24,513 bases of DNA, from positions 1 to 24,513 of IMG/VR virus record IMGVR_UViG_3300020042_009457. One strand, written 5' to 3'. Positions 7,229-17,298 of the stretch are shown here, piece after piece (position 1 is the first letter of the stretch; each line of letters starts with the position of its first letter). The notes under the pieces were generated by a model. It saw nothing but the letters and a program-made list of their open reading frames with translations, did not search any database and was not told the origin of the DNA. The position numbers and the translations under genes were made by a program. This DNA comes from a virus. Taxonomy: Duplodnaviria > Caudoviricetes.

Positions 7229-8002
7229 CTAGACTGTTGCAGGGTCGAACCAGCCGACCGTTTTGCCGATGATTTCAGCGTCTGACCACTTGTGCGTCTT
7301 GCGATAGACACCGTCACCCTCTCGGCTCCCGGCTGCGTTGGTGTTGCCCTCGATGGTATGGAAGCCGACAGCGTCGACTGCAACCACGATGCCGGTGTGA
7401 CCTTGGCACCAAGAGCCCCTGCGAGCCGCATCTGCTGCCGCTGGGTTCTGAGCTCGTGACCAGATGTAGCCTGGCTTGACCTTGGTCTTGAAGTCGACAT
7501 CGAGAGGCGTGACCTTGACAGCCCTGTGGCCGCTCATCTGAAAGAGCGAGACGGCCGAGCCAGAGCACCACTTAGGCGGCTTGGCGAGACCTCGGCTGCT
7601 CATGACGCACCAGCTCACAAAGGCAGCGCACCAAGGCGAGCCCTTGGTCATGCCGAGGCAGTGGAGGTACTTCTCGACATCGGGGCCTGCGTTCTTGCCG
7701 ACCTCTCGCACGCCCTTGTTGGCCTCGGCCGTGGCGGCAGCGATGAGAGCCAGAGCAGCCTCGGTGACATTGAGAGGCGCGGCAGGCGGTGCGGCAGGTG
7801 CAGGCGGTTCTCTGAAAGCAGCGAGCGTGCCGGGTCCCAGCTTGCCGTCGGCAGGTACCCCATGCTGCGCTTGCAGGGTGCGCACAGCAGCGGCAAAAAC
7901 AGGGGTAGAAGGGTCAAGCGAGCGCAGCGGTAGAGGTAGGTCGGTCACCTGCCAGAGCACCCCTGCCTTGCTGCTGTTGTAGGCTACTGCTGCATCGCTC
8001 AT
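7229..8002 (-). CDS. Endolysin: N-terminal peptidoglycan-binding domain plus CHAP domain
   Basis: AAVRTLQAQHGVPADGKLGPGT (PG_binding_1-like), Pro/Ala linker, PWCAAFVSW (Cys), GHTGIV (His), TIEGNT. Confidence 0.9.
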   Translation of the reverse strand: MSDAAVAYNSSKAGVLWQVTDLPLPLRSLDPSTPVFAAAVRTLQAQHGVPADGKLGPGTLAAFREPPAPAAPPAAPLNVTEAALALIAAATAEANKGVREVGKNAGPDVEKYLHCLGMTKGSPWCAAFVSWCVMSSRGLAKPPKWCSGSAVSLFQMSGHRAVKVTPLDVDFKTKVKPGYIWSRAQNPAAADAARRGSWCQGHTGIVVAVDAVGFHTIEGNTNAAGSREGDGVYRKTHKWSDAEIIGKTVGWFDPATV

Positions 8003-8005
8003 AGG

Positions 8006-8428
8006 TCAGTCCTTCTTAGGCCGGCCGCGCTTGGCCTTGACCACTGGGGTCTTGGTCTCGAGCTTGGCGATGTCGGCAGCGAGCGCAGCCTTGGCGGCAA
8101 TCTTGTCCTTAAGCCAGCCGGGCTGCTCGAGGTTGGTCACCTTTCCGATGACCACATCCTTGGGCTGCTCCTCTTTGAAGTCCCAGGTGATGCCGCTCGA
8201 GGTCGGTGTCTCGACCACCACCAGAGGCTTGCCCGACAGCGTGACCCGCTCTCGCATGGCAGCCACGATGGCCTCGAGGGCCGCAAGGACAGCGGGCTCA
8301 TCAAAGAACCGTGTGACCACCTCAATGTGCATGTTGCCCGGCGTCCTGACCACGATGCCGTCGCGCGTCGGGTACGAGGTGCAGTGCTTGAGCTCAGAGA
8401 ATAGGCTGGCAAGTGAATGGATGCTCAT
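8006..8428 (-). CDS. Hypothetical protein with C-terminal AT-hook-like KRGRPKK
   Basis: 140-aa ORF filling the gap between tail and lysis genes; normal codon usage. Confidence 0.7.
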   Translation of the reverse strand: MSIHSLASLFSELKHCTSYPTRDGIVVRTPGNMHIEVVTRFFDEPAVLAALEAIVAAMRERVTLSGKPLVVVETPTSSGITWDFKEEQPKDVVIGKVTNLEQPGWLKDKIAAKAALAADIAKLETKTPVVKAKRGRPKKD

Positions 8429-8443
8429 GGTCTCGTGCGGGGG

Positions 8444-8905
8444 TTACGGGAGGTCGGCAGCGACAAGGACCTGCTCGGCAATGTAGATGCCAGAGATGGT
8501 CACTGGTGAGCCGGTGCCACTCACTACCTCAACCACTATGCCAAACCAAGTGTTGATTGGCACGCCAGTCACGACTCCAATGATAGAGCCTTGCCCAGTT
8601 TGGCTGATGGTCGCGTTTGAGGCGCCTGCTGTTATTTTTACGGCGCTCGTGTCACTGGCAACAAAGCCAACCATGAGCGTGCCGTTTGAGCTGGGCAGCG
8701 TGATGACGCGCATGCCGAAGGCTATCTGATACGATGCTGATGCCGTAGTCACCACCTTTGGCAGGCTGGCAATCAGGCGCCGGCGCGTGGCAAAGACGAA
8801 CCTGTCACGCTGCACCAAGCTGTTCATGCTCGATGCCTCAATCCAATCGCCTGCGATAAGGCCAACAGGCTCGTCTGGCTCAATGACTGGTACAGTAAAC
8901 GCCAT
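8444..8905 (-). CDS. Putative minor tail/fiber-associated protein
   Basis: TAATG overlap; N-terminal GDWIEASSMNSL, beta-rich T/G/V/S C-terminus; position after tail-tip genes. Confidence 0.55.
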   Translation of the reverse strand: MAFTVPVIEPDEPVGLIAGDWIEASSMNSLVQRDRFVFATRRRLIASLPKVVTTASASYQIAFGMRVITLPSSNGTLMVGFVASDTSAVKITAGASNATISQTGQGSIIGVVTGVPINTWFGIVVEVVSGTGSPVTISGIYIAEQVLVAADLP

Positions 8906-10332
8906 TATTGCACCTTACAGTTGAAGCCGTAGATGTAGAGGTCAGAGGTGGCTGTGATGGTGCCGGTGTAGACGGTGTCGACAGAGGCGTCCTCGCCCCA
9001 TGCAATGTCGTTCTGCACATTGGGTCCCCATGCAAAGCGCACCGGCAGGCCCATCATCACATCGGTGTAGCTCATGGCATCTCGCAGGCCCCACTGCTCG
9101 TCACCTGCTAGCACGCCGTTCATGAACCCAGCTGTTCCTGGCACGCGCCTGTCGCTTCTTGTTATGGCTGCTACCCTCGGCACTGGCATGTTGGCATGCG
9201 TGATGTCGGTGCCGACCGTAGCGCCTTGAGCGTCTCGCACTGAAAAGGTGATGTCAGGTGTAGCTTGATTAAGCGTGTAAGCCACTGCCTTGAAGCTGAC
9301 CAGCAGCTGCTGCACCGACTCGTTGGTCTGAATAAAGAAGGCAAAGGTGAGCTCCTCGCCAGCCGGCAGCACGCAGTTGAGGAAACTGCCGCTGGTGATG
9401 TGTGTGGCCGCATTAGGTTGCAGCTCCGACATGCCTGCGTTGATGCGGTTTGCAATGGCATTGATAGGGGTCGGCTGCTGGTAAGCGTAGGGCGCAATCT
9501 CAGTCGGCTCATTCGCAACGATTTCAACTGCGATTGAGTACAGCTCGAGCCGGCCGAGCTCGTAGAGGTCGCCTTCAAAGCCAGAGGATGGACCACTACC
9601 AGGAGCGGTCGTGCTTGTTGTTAAGATAGGCGGGTTAGTCTCGATGTCGCCATAAATGACCAGCACGCCATCCGGTGGTTGGTCAGCGGCGAGGTTGTGT
9701 TTGAACGCGCACACCTGATAACTGAGCCGAGCGTTTTCGGCAGGAGCTGGTAGGGTCCCTGTCGTATCAATACGCAACAGGTGATACATCTCAGTGTACG
9801 AGCCCGCCGTTAGCGTGAACGGAAACGGGTTGCCACTGGCTGGCTGGCAAAACACTTGGTTGCCAACTGCACCTGCGAGGGTCACTTGACCAACCAAGTT
9901 GCCGATTTCAGAGGTCCATCCAATGTGGAAGCCTCGCAGGCCGCTCGCTGGGGTCGCATAGGTAAAAGGTATCTCGACCATCGTGGCCGTTGCACTGCCG
10001 GCAAAGAACTTCTGAACATAGACGCCATCGTCAATGCCGTGGATGGTAAAGGTGCCACCGAGGCTAGCGTTGGTGGTCTGACACAGGATGCGAAAGTTGT
10101 AGAACAACGCATTGATGCCAACATCGACAGTGATTGCGGTGCCGCGTCCAATGCTGGTTGAGGCCCACTTGACCTTGGGAACGCCAGCCGAGGTGGTTGG
10201 GTAGACAAAGGTGTTCAATCGGGAGAGCTGCGCAGCGTAGGCATTCACATTGTCTGTGAGCCGCTTGCCAATAAAGGCCGACAGCGGCTGGTCAGTGACT
10301 ACGGTATCATCATCGAGCTTGGTCCAAGTCAT
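8905..10332 (-). CDS. Putative tail-tip/receptor-binding structural protein
   Basis: Start reassigned to ATG 10332 (MTWTKLDD), ATGA overlap with upstream stop; T/G/P-rich beta-type composition. Confidence 0.6.
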   Translation of the reverse strand: MTWTKLDDDTVVTDQPLSAFIGKRLTDNVNAYAAQLSRLNTFVYPTTSAGVPKVKWASTSIGRGTAITVDVGINALFYNFRILCQTTNASLGGTFTIHGIDDGVYVQKFFAGSATATMVEIPFTYATPASGLRGFHIGWTSEIGNLVGQVTLAGAVGNQVFCQPASGNPFPFTLTAGSYTEMYHLLRIDTTGTLPAPAENARLSYQVCAFKHNLAADQPPDGVLVIYGDIETNPPILTTSTTAPGSGPSSGFEGDLYELGRLELYSIAVEIVANEPTEIAPYAYQQPTPINAIANRINAGMSELQPNAATHITSGSFLNCVLPAGEELTFAFFIQTNESVQQLLVSFKAVAYTLNQATPDITFSVRDAQGATVGTDITHANMPVPRVAAITRSDRRVPGTAGFMNGVLAGDEQWGLRDAMSYTDVMMGLPVRFAWGPNVQNDIAWGEDASVDTVYTGTITATSDLYIYGFNCKVQ

Positions 10333-12836
10333 GGCACCCACTTGCTTGCGTTGTCTATCGAGCTATCTACCTGCGCAGCATCGCTAGCCTGGAACACATC
10401 GTAGATGACATCGAGCACCGCGCTAAACGATGTTGCAGGCGCCAGCACAATGATGTCGCCTTGCACCGCGTAGTTCTCAAACAAAGGCAGGTTGAGAAAG
10501 TTGCCAGAGACACCCACGAGCGCACCCTGGTACTTGAGCGTGCCATACTGGTCGAGCAGCTGCACATCGTACCATGTGCCAATCAAGTCGTGCGTCAGCT
10601 CAAAGCACTGAGCATCTGAGGTAGGCGCACCCTCTGATGCAATGTCAGGCGACGCGGTGAAGTAGTTGGCATCGACTTGAATCAAGTCACCACCTGGCAC
10701 ATCGTCGACGCGGGCCGAGCAGGACCATACCGCTATCTTGTTGCTCACCGACAGGTAGCCGGGCAAGATGATTGTGTAGGCCGTTGTCGGTGTGGCCCAA
10801 GAGCGCGCTGCCTTGAGCACATAGCCTGTCAGCACCGAGACGCCCATCTCGCCGTTGCTGTTGACGATGAACTCGCTCGTAAAGGCGATTTCTTGCCCTA
10901 TCTCGAGCTCGACCACCGAGTCACGCAGCGTCACATCGACCCGCGCTGCACTCTGGCTGTACCGCATGATAAGGCCAAAGGCGTTGGCAAGCAGCCGACT
11001 GGCGCCCCAGTACGGGTCATCAGGATTGCGGTTGTTGCAGTACCAGTGGCCTATGGTCATCTCCTTGCCAAGGCCGCTCGCTGCAAGCTCGATGTTGAGG
11101 TAGGGCACATCGTAGGTCAAGGCTGCAAGGTCACCAGATGAGGTTGCGACGCAGTACTTGGCAGTGACGCGCATGAGGCTTAGGCCCCGCTCAAAAGTCA
11201 GCTTGATGCTTGGGTCGGAAAACTGCGAGTCGTCGACAAAGGTAGGTGTCTGCCGAGGACCGGCCCATGAGCCAAAATAGAACTTGCCTTGGTCATAGAC
11301 CATGTAGGCGCCAAGGCGCTTGAGGATGCCGTCGAGCACATCACCCACTGTCTTTGCCGAGGTGTGCTCGTAAGGCAGCAGGTATCTCTCACTCGTGCCG
11401 AGGTTGACAGTGGAGCCAGGTATGAATCCGACAAAATCTGGCGTGGTGAGGCCACGCACCAGAGCGTATAGGCTAGCCTGGTCGATGATGTCGTCAACGC
11501 TACCAACGTCGTATGGTAGCCATGCTGACTCGTGCACCGAGCGAGCCCCTTCGCCTAGGCTAAGCTGGCCGTTGACGCAGCCCAGCAGCAAGTCGACCAT
11601 CAGAGTGTAAGGGTTTGCACTATCAACGCAGTTCTCGCCCCGTATGCCGGGCGCTTGGCTAGTGTTGGTCCCCCACCATGTGTGCCGGTCGCTACGACCA
11701 GAGGCCATGATGCCACCCTCTGGCTCTTGAGACTCAGAGGAGATTGTAACTTCTAGGTTGATGTTGGGCCCGATGCTACCAGTCTCGTAGTAGCCCTTCT
11801 CAAACCTCAACTGAAAGCCGTTGTTCAACGAGGTGACACCGCCATCGTAGTCGATGAACACCTCATTCGAGATTTTGATGATAGAGTTGCCGTAGTACTC
11901 AACCCCTTGATAGCCATCAATCTGCGCTATGCCGCCCTTGTCGCCTTCTCTTATCTGCCACATGTTGATAACAGTCTTGGCTGTCTCAGGGTTGTCAGGG
12001 TCAAACTGAGGACCGTACACGCTGTTGTTGTAGAGTGTGTTGGTCACAGCAGCCGCGAGCACCGCGTCCTCGGCAAGAGGCGTCACCTCGCCAGCTCGCC
12101 TTACGGTGTTGGCCGTAACAGACCCCCATGCTGGGATGAAAGGTGCCGACTTGATGTAGGCCATCATGCTCGCGCAATCGACCTTGATAAGGTTCTGCTG
12201 CCCTGCCGAGGTGTCGTTGCTCACCTTGTTGACATAGCCTCGGAAGATGAGCTCTTCATTCGAGCCATCCGTCTCTGTCGTCGTGATGACCACCGGCAGC
12301 TGCTCGCAGCCGCCAAGCGGGTTGGTGCCGTTGACATCGTAGATGATGGGGCCGATGATTTCAGACTGAGCAGTCATGCCTATCGGCACATTGGCACACC
12401 CCCATACCCTGTTGCCTGTCAGCGTAGGGCTGTTTGAAACTATCTGAAACACCGTGTTCTGCACGCGGTAGTAGTCGCCTACCGTGAACAGAGAAGGGTC
12501 AAGCACCGCTATCGTGACCGTGCCCTGAGCAGGCAACACATAGCCATTGATGCGCACCGGCTGATTATCGCTGCTATTGTACACAGGCACCTTGCCACGA
12601 CTCATCAGCAGCTTGCGCGTGACATCCGTCGACAGGATGGTAAAGCTCGTGCTGGGGTCACTGCCCAGCGAGCCGAACACAGTTATCTCGCTGCTAAGCT
12701 GGTCAGACAAAGACACCACTGAGCCTGCGACAGTGCCAGTGTAAAAACCTGTCACCCGCGTCGTGAACACAGCAGCAGCATTGGAGCTGGTCTCGCCTAC
12801 TCCGAGTATCTTGATGACTACGACGCGCTCGCTCAT
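10329..12836 (-). CDS. Large tail-tip/baseplate hub protein
   Basis: 835 aa, second gene after tape measure; IFRGYVNKV and ELEIGQEIAF segments fit hub-like proteins. Confidence 0.65.
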   Translation of the reverse strand: MSERVVVIKILGVGETSSNAAAVFTTRVTGFYTGTVAGSVVSLSDQLSSEITVFGSLGSDPSTSFTILSTDVTRKLLMSRGKVPVYNSSDNQPVRINGYVLPAQGTVTIAVLDPSLFTVGDYYRVQNTVFQIVSNSPTLTGNRVWGCANVPIGMTAQSEIIGPIIYDVNGTNPLGGCEQLPVVITTTETDGSNEELIFRGYVNKVSNDTSAGQQNLIKVDCASMMAYIKSAPFIPAWGSVTANTVRRAGEVTPLAEDAVLAAAVTNTLYNNSVYGPQFDPDNPETAKTVINMWQIREGDKGGIAQIDGYQGVEYYGNSIIKISNEVFIDYDGGVTSLNNGFQLRFEKGYYETGSIGPNINLEVTISSESQEPEGGIMASGRSDRHTWWGTNTSQAPGIRGENCVDSANPYTLMVDLLLGCVNGQLSLGEGARSVHESAWLPYDVGSVDDIIDQASLYALVRGLTTPDFVGFIPGSTVNLGTSERYLLPYEHTSAKTVGDVLDGILKRLGAYMVYDQGKFYFGSWAGPRQTPTFVDDSQFSDPSIKLTFERGLSLMRVTAKYCVATSSGDLAALTYDVPYLNIELAASGLGKEMTIGHWYCNNRNPDDPYWGASRLLANAFGLIMRYSQSAARVDVTLRDSVVELEIGQEIAFTSEFIVNSNGEMGVSVLTGYVLKAARSWATPTTAYTIILPGYLSVSNKIAVWSCSARVDDVPGGDLIQVDANYFTASPDIASEGAPTSDAQCFELTHDLIGTWYDVQLLDQYGTLKYQGALVGVSGNFLNLPLFENYAVQGDIIVLAPATSFSAVLDVIYDVFQASDAAQVDSSIDNASKWVP

Positions 12837-13678
12837 TAGGTCTCACCCCGGAAGATGAGGCCGGCCGTCGACCACAGCCTCGGCTCATCTGCCGCTGTCA
12901 CAAAGTCCTCGGCCGAGCCCTTGTTGCTCACGCCTGGCATGCGGCAGATTTGGTAGGTGTCAGGTATTGTGCCATCCGTGATGGCTGCCTCTCGATAGAG
13001 CCGAAAGGTCTTGCCCTCGGCCGCTGCCTCAATCGTGCCCTCGAGCGTGTTGTTGGGGTCAGTCACCAGACGGTTGGCTGCGTTGGCGTAGATTTGGATA
13101 GCTGCCCACCACCGCGTGTAGTTGGCGCATGGAAAGATAGTGCTAAGCATCTCGAGGTCGGCAACCGCGCCCCAGTTGACCACATCCGTCGATAGCCCGC
13201 TCATGTCGCTCGAGCTCGAGGCCGCACGCTGCGTCAGCATCCTACGCACATCACCGGCCAACCCCGCAGGACCCCAAAACATGCCCGGGTTGATGTTCGT
13301 GAACTTTTCAACCGCAAGGTCTGAGAAGGTGGTGGTTGAGGTTTCAAAGCCAAACTGGTTGGCCTTTGGAGTAGTGCCAAAGTTGATGACTACAGGTGTT
13401 GCCGTCGAGTAGGTGAACTTGACTTGCAGCGGGCTGTTCGATGGGCCGGGACCGTCGGTGTAGACGAACTCCACCGCGCTTATCATGCCCGGATAGACCG
13501 CGTTGATGGACTCGGCTAGGTAGTCGGCCGCTGTGTCGTTGGCTGCTGCCTTGGTGACCGTGCTGCTGATGCCAAAGCCATACCGAACCTGCGCTGCATC
13601 GTAGGGCGCTGGCGGTGCGTTGCCGTCGACATTGATGATGCCGACCGATTCTGACCAGGTGATAAGCGGAAAGTTCAT
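12836..13678 (-). CDS. Putative distal tail protein
   Basis: 280 aa directly after tape measure; TAATG overlap; positional inference. Confidence 0.5.
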   Translation of the reverse strand: MNFPLITWSESVGIINVDGNAPPAPYDAAQVRYGFGISSTVTKAAANDTAADYLAESINAVYPGMISAVEFVYTDGPGPSNSPLQVKFTYSTATPVVINFGTTPKANQFGFETSTTTFSDLAVEKFTNINPGMFWGPAGLAGDVRRMLTQRAASSSSDMSGLSTDVVNWGAVADLEMLSTIFPCANYTRWWAAIQIYANAANRLVTDPNNTLEGTIEAAAEGKTFRLYREAAITDGTIPDTYQICRMPGVSNKGSAEDFVTAADEPRLWSTAGLIFRGET

Positions 13679-13680
13679 TG

Positions 13681-15519
13681 TCAGGCTCCTTGCATGAGCA
13701 GGCCGCGTGCACGGGCGCTCTCTTGCAGCATGGCAAACTGCCGCGCCATACTCTCGCCGTCGGCAAAGACTGAGTCAACACGCAGGTTGAATGCGTAGCT
13801 GTTGCTGGTGCCTTGACTGCCCTCTGATGCCTTCTCTGTGGACGGCGTCGTGCCTGTCGGCTTAGCCGTCGGCATCATCGCGTTACCGATGGCATAGGCC
13901 GCCAAGCCTGCAGCTGCCATGGGCACAGCCAAGGGGTTGAGTGCCGCTGCCATGATACCAGCCTCGGCCATGGCCTTGTCGCCTTGCCCGATGATGATGT
14001 TGCCGAGCGCCGAGCGTGCCATGTCGCCCGCTGCCTTGGCCGAGAGCTTGCCGATAGCCAGCTGCTTGCCGGCAGTCTGCATGTAAGTGCCCATCTCGGC
14101 GCCTGCCAGGTCTTGAATGCCCTTGAGGATGCGAGCGTTGCGCTCCTCTTTCTCGGCCACAGTCAGCTCGCCTCGAGCACGAAGCTCGGCATCATGCTCA
14201 TCATTCATCTGCTTCTCAAAATCCTTCAAGCGTTGCAACGCTGCTACTGATTTCTCGTACTTCGCATCGCGCTGCTCATCATCCCACTTCATGTTATCGA
14301 GCTCAAGCTGCTGCTCGCCCTTGGTGTTGGCTAGCCGCAGGTCGTTGATGGCCTTGAGCTCACGAGCCTCTATCTCTTCTGCCGTCTCAGTCGGTTTTGC
14401 AGGACCGCCGGCGCTGACTCGGCCGGCCGTAGGTGCTGGTGCTGCTGTGTTGGCTGCTAGGCGCTCTTCAGCGTACTTCTGCTCGAGCTCAGCCCTCTGA
14501 GTCAGTAGCGTGTTGCGCTGCGCCAACTCCTCAGTGCCAATGTCATTGTTGTCTGCCACAGCGGCAGCGTATGCTTTGTTCTCTCGCTCTCTCACTGTGG
14601 CCATCAAGCGCGAGTCTCTCTCAAACATGGCTTGTGCCCGCTTGTTGATGCTCTCGTTGCTCTCTGGCTGCACATGCCCTGGCCTATTCCTCTCGTCCTC
14701 TCGCGCTGCCTTTCTCAACCTCTCGCGCATCGGACCAAGTACTGCCTCGCGCTCCTTTGCCATGGCAATCTCGCCCGCAATCGAGGCACGAGCGTTCACG
14801 CCGGCATCAATCGACGCAACGGCCTCGTCAATCTGGCCCAACCTCTTTTGCTCGTTGGCAAGTTTGATTGCCTGCTGCGTCGACAGCTCTATCTTCAATG
14901 ACTCAATCAGCGCATCAACCGCGATTTTGTTGTTTTGGTTGGCCGTCACAACAAACGCGGTCTGCTCGGCATAGGCCTTCTGTGCCTTGATGGTCTCATA
15001 GATTTGAACGCCCAGCAGCACCTCGTCGCTGGTTGCCTGCCTGATAGCCGTAGACACTGACGAGATAGGTATGAGCAGCACCTCGAACACCTCTTTGGCT
15101 GTCCTCAGTGTTGCGATGACCGTATCAGTGGCTGCGTCGAGGTCGTCAGTGCCAACCACCGCCGTGAACAGAGAGCCCTTGAACTCGTCCATGGCCTGCG
15201 TGATGGACGCCATGGCAGTCGCACCCTTGTCACCCTGCGAAGCATAAAACGAGTCCATGCTCTGGCCGACAGCATCGAGCGCCTTGCCTACCCCTGCGAA
15301 GGCAATGCCGATGCCGCCAATGGCAGTGATGGCACCAGGACCGCCTATCTTGCTAATCAGGTTGCCGGCAGCGATGTCTGCTTGGTCAGCCACGTCTCGC
15401 AGCTGGTCAGTGAGCTTCTTGCCCTCACTGCCAAGCTTGACCATGCCGTCTTTGGCCTTGTCGAGCGAACTGACTAGGCCAGTGCTGTCGCCATCAATCT
15501 CTGCAACCGTCTTAGCCAT
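13681..15519 (-). CDS. Tail tape measure protein
   Basis: 612 aa, N-terminal AEIDGDSTGL, Ala/Glu-rich helices, hydrophobic Ala/Gly segments near both ends, follows chaperone pair. Confidence 0.82.
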   Translation of the reverse strand: MAKTVAEIDGDSTGLVSSLDKAKDGMVKLGSEGKKLTDQLRDVADQADIAAGNLISKIGGPGAITAIGGIGIAFAGVGKALDAVGQSMDSFYASQGDKGATAMASITQAMDEFKGSLFTAVVGTDDLDAATDTVIATLRTAKEVFEVLLIPISSVSTAIRQATSDEVLLGVQIYETIKAQKAYAEQTAFVVTANQNNKIAVDALIESLKIELSTQQAIKLANEQKRLGQIDEAVASIDAGVNARASIAGEIAMAKEREAVLGPMRERLRKAAREDERNRPGHVQPESNESINKRAQAMFERDSRLMATVRERENKAYAAAVADNNDIGTEELAQRNTLLTQRAELEQKYAEERLAANTAAPAPTAGRVSAGGPAKPTETAEEIEARELKAINDLRLANTKGEQQLELDNMKWDDEQRDAKYEKSVAALQRLKDFEKQMNDEHDAELRARGELTVAEKEERNARILKGIQDLAGAEMGTYMQTAGKQLAIGKLSAKAAGDMARSALGNIIIGQGDKAMAEAGIMAAALNPLAVPMAAAGLAAYAIGNAMMPTAKPTGTTPSTEKASEGSQGTSNSYAFNLRVDSVFADGESMARQFAMLQESARARGLLMQGA

Positions 15520-15523
15520 GGGG

Positions 15524-15910
15524 TCAGCCCTTACCGAACATTTGTGCTATCCGCTCGGCCGACTTGCGCTTGCGCTCCTCGTACCGTCGACCACCCTCTT
15601 GCAGCTCGTACTGCACAAAGGTAGCCAGCTCAAGTTGCGAATGTGTCAGGTCCCGGGCCGTGACCGCAGGCGTGCCACGCTCAAGCCACTTGCCCACGCG
15701 GTTGGCCTCCCAAAAGCCACCAGGCTCGGTCGTGAGCACAAGGCAGGTGGTCGGCTTGGCCTCCATCTCCTCGTGACCTAGACCCTGCCTGTAACCCATC
15801 GTGCAGCCTCTCTCATGCCGTGTTGCGTCGGGACACTCCCAGCAGCGAAAGTTGTGCGACATCGTCAGCCGGGCAAAGTCTCGCCATGCAACACGGCTTA
15901 GGTTTTTGGG
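15524..15910 (-). CDS. Tail assembly chaperone, -1 frameshift extension (lambda gpT-equivalent)
   Basis: Open -1 frame PKNLSRVAWRDF...QMFGKG entered at the slippery site; internal ATG 15862 lacks an SD; Cys-rich. Confidence 0.72.
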   Translation of the reverse strand, partial: PKNLSRVAWRDFARLTMSHNFRCWECPDATRHERGCTMGYRQGLGHEEMEAKPTTCLVLTTEPGGFWEANRVGKWLERGTPAVTARDLTHSQLELATFVQYELQEGGRRYEERKRKSAERIAQMFGKG

Positions 15911-16248
15911 TAGCCCGCCGTCGCCACCGCCGATGCGATGGTGCCAAGGTCGGTCCAAGGTATCTTCACAAGCCATGCCGACCGCGCTGTTGCCGTGGCC
16001 TCCTTGTCGAGCTCCTGGGCAAACCCCTCGGAGGCCGACACGCAGGCCGTCAACAGGGTGATGTGCAGCTGCACCAGTGCCTCGAGAGCAGTCTCGTCGG
16101 CATCCTCGGCACGCAGCCGACCTCTCACCTTGTCGAGCGCACCGTAGTACCGGGCACCCTCGAGCGCGTTGGGCTCTCGCACCAACAGCCGACCCTTCTG
16201 GCTCTTGACCTCGACATCAATCCACATGTTCTCGTTGAACTCAATCAT
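15898..16248 (-). CDS. Tail assembly chaperone (lambda gpG-equivalent)
   Basis: 116 aa between tail tube and tape measure; AAGGGGG upstream; ends at slippery site. Confidence 0.8.
   Translation of the reverse strand: MIEFNENMWIDVEVKSQKGRLLVREPNALEGARYYGALDKVRGRLRAEDADETALEALVQLHITLLTACVSASEGFAQELDKEATATARSAWLVKIPWTDLGTIASAVATAGYPKT
15904..15910 (-). other. -1 programmed ribosomal frameshift slippery heptamer C CCA AAA
   Basis: TAC CCA AAA ACC TAA gives X XXY YYZ in the correct phase; hairpin GCCGUG-UUG-CAUGGC (15883..15897) 6 nt downstream. Confidence 0.8.
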
Positions 16249-16266
16249 CCCATCCCCCTTGTCAGA

Positions 16267-17295
16267 TTAGGTTTCAAAACCGATTGACCCGATTGCTGAC
16301 ACGCTGCTGGTGTTGACGATGCCGGCAAACTTGAGCCCGATGTTGCGGTAGCCGTTGCTCTCGCCAGGCGTCGGCCACTGAATCAGCTGCGCCTGATTGA
16401 GATAAAAATTCACAAACCAGGGGCTGACCACGACTGAGATATTAAGAGTGGTAGAGACCGTGTTGGCCTCGGCATCGGTCCAATCAGGCTGCAAAGTCTC
16501 TGACAGGTCAGCAACCTCAACCTCAATCGACGGCGAGCTGGTCAGCGAAATCATGGCGATGCCCATGCCATAGGTCTCACGCGCGTCGAGCACATCCGAC
16601 AGAGCGAAGCCCGGGTCGTAAGCAACCTTGGCGAGGGCCGAGGTCGATGCGCCGAACTGCACACCCGACATCGTGCAGGCCGTGCCGACCAGAGGCGAGA
16701 GGTAGGTGTAGGTGGGCACAAGGTTGGTGCTGTCAGTGACCGGCCGCCACTTGCCCTTGATGGACCACTCTACCATCAGCTTGCCGCCAGCCTCAAACGA
16801 GAACTTGGGAATGCAGACGCAGCCCTCGGCCTCGTATCGCTTGCCAGTCGGGGTTTCCTCGTAGACCATCGTAAAGGTCGAGGTCGAGTAGGCGTTGGGC
16901 GAACGGCTCGCTGCGATGTCGTAGATAGCCTGGCTGCTGAAGATGAAGTCGTCACCTGCACCCGTAATCTTGAAGGGGCAGGACCGGAACAAAGCATACA
17001 GCGGGCTGCTCAGAGTCGTCGGGTTGACAGTAAATGTCTCGCCAGAATAGTTCCACAACAGCTCGGTCGTCATGCTGATGTCCCAGCCGATGCCGCCCGT
17101 CTTGGCTGCCAGCTCGCCACCGTAAGGCGTCATCGTGTCAGCGCGACGGATGATGCCAGCACCGCGAGGCGTGAACTTAGGTGTGCCAACACTCGCCACG
17201 AAGTCTGTGCCGGCAGGTGCACTGTAAGTGCCAGGCGTGGCCTCTAGCTTGATGTAGACGCCGCTTGTGTTACTCGCATTCAATACTTGAGCCAT
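16267..17295 (-). CDS. Major tail (tube) protein
   Basis: 342 aa, N-terminal KLEATPGTY, beta-rich, EGCV...FSFEAG..L.VEW.IKG; no sheath gene nearby. Confidence 0.8.
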   Translation of the reverse strand: MAQVLNASNTSGVYIKLEATPGTYSAPAGTDFVASVGTPKFTPRGAGIIRRADTMTPYGGELAAKTGGIGWDISMTTELLWNYSGETFTVNPTTLSSPLYALFRSCPFKITGAGDDFIFSSQAIYDIAASRSPNAYSTSTFTMVYEETPTGKRYEAEGCVCIPKFSFEAGGKLMVEWSIKGKWRPVTDSTNLVPTYTYLSPLVGTACTMSGVQFGASTSALAKVAYDPGFALSDVLDARETYGMGIAMISLTSSPSIEVEVADLSETLQPDWTDAEANTVSTTLNISVVVSPWFVNFYLNQAQLIQWPTPGESNGYRNIGLKFAGIVNTSSVSAIGSIGFET

Positions 17296-17298
17296 GGT

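Noticed and set aside
15911-15976. Track start of ORF 15524..15976
   Set aside because: Overlaps the chaperone gene; better explained by -1 frameshift entry at 15904..15910
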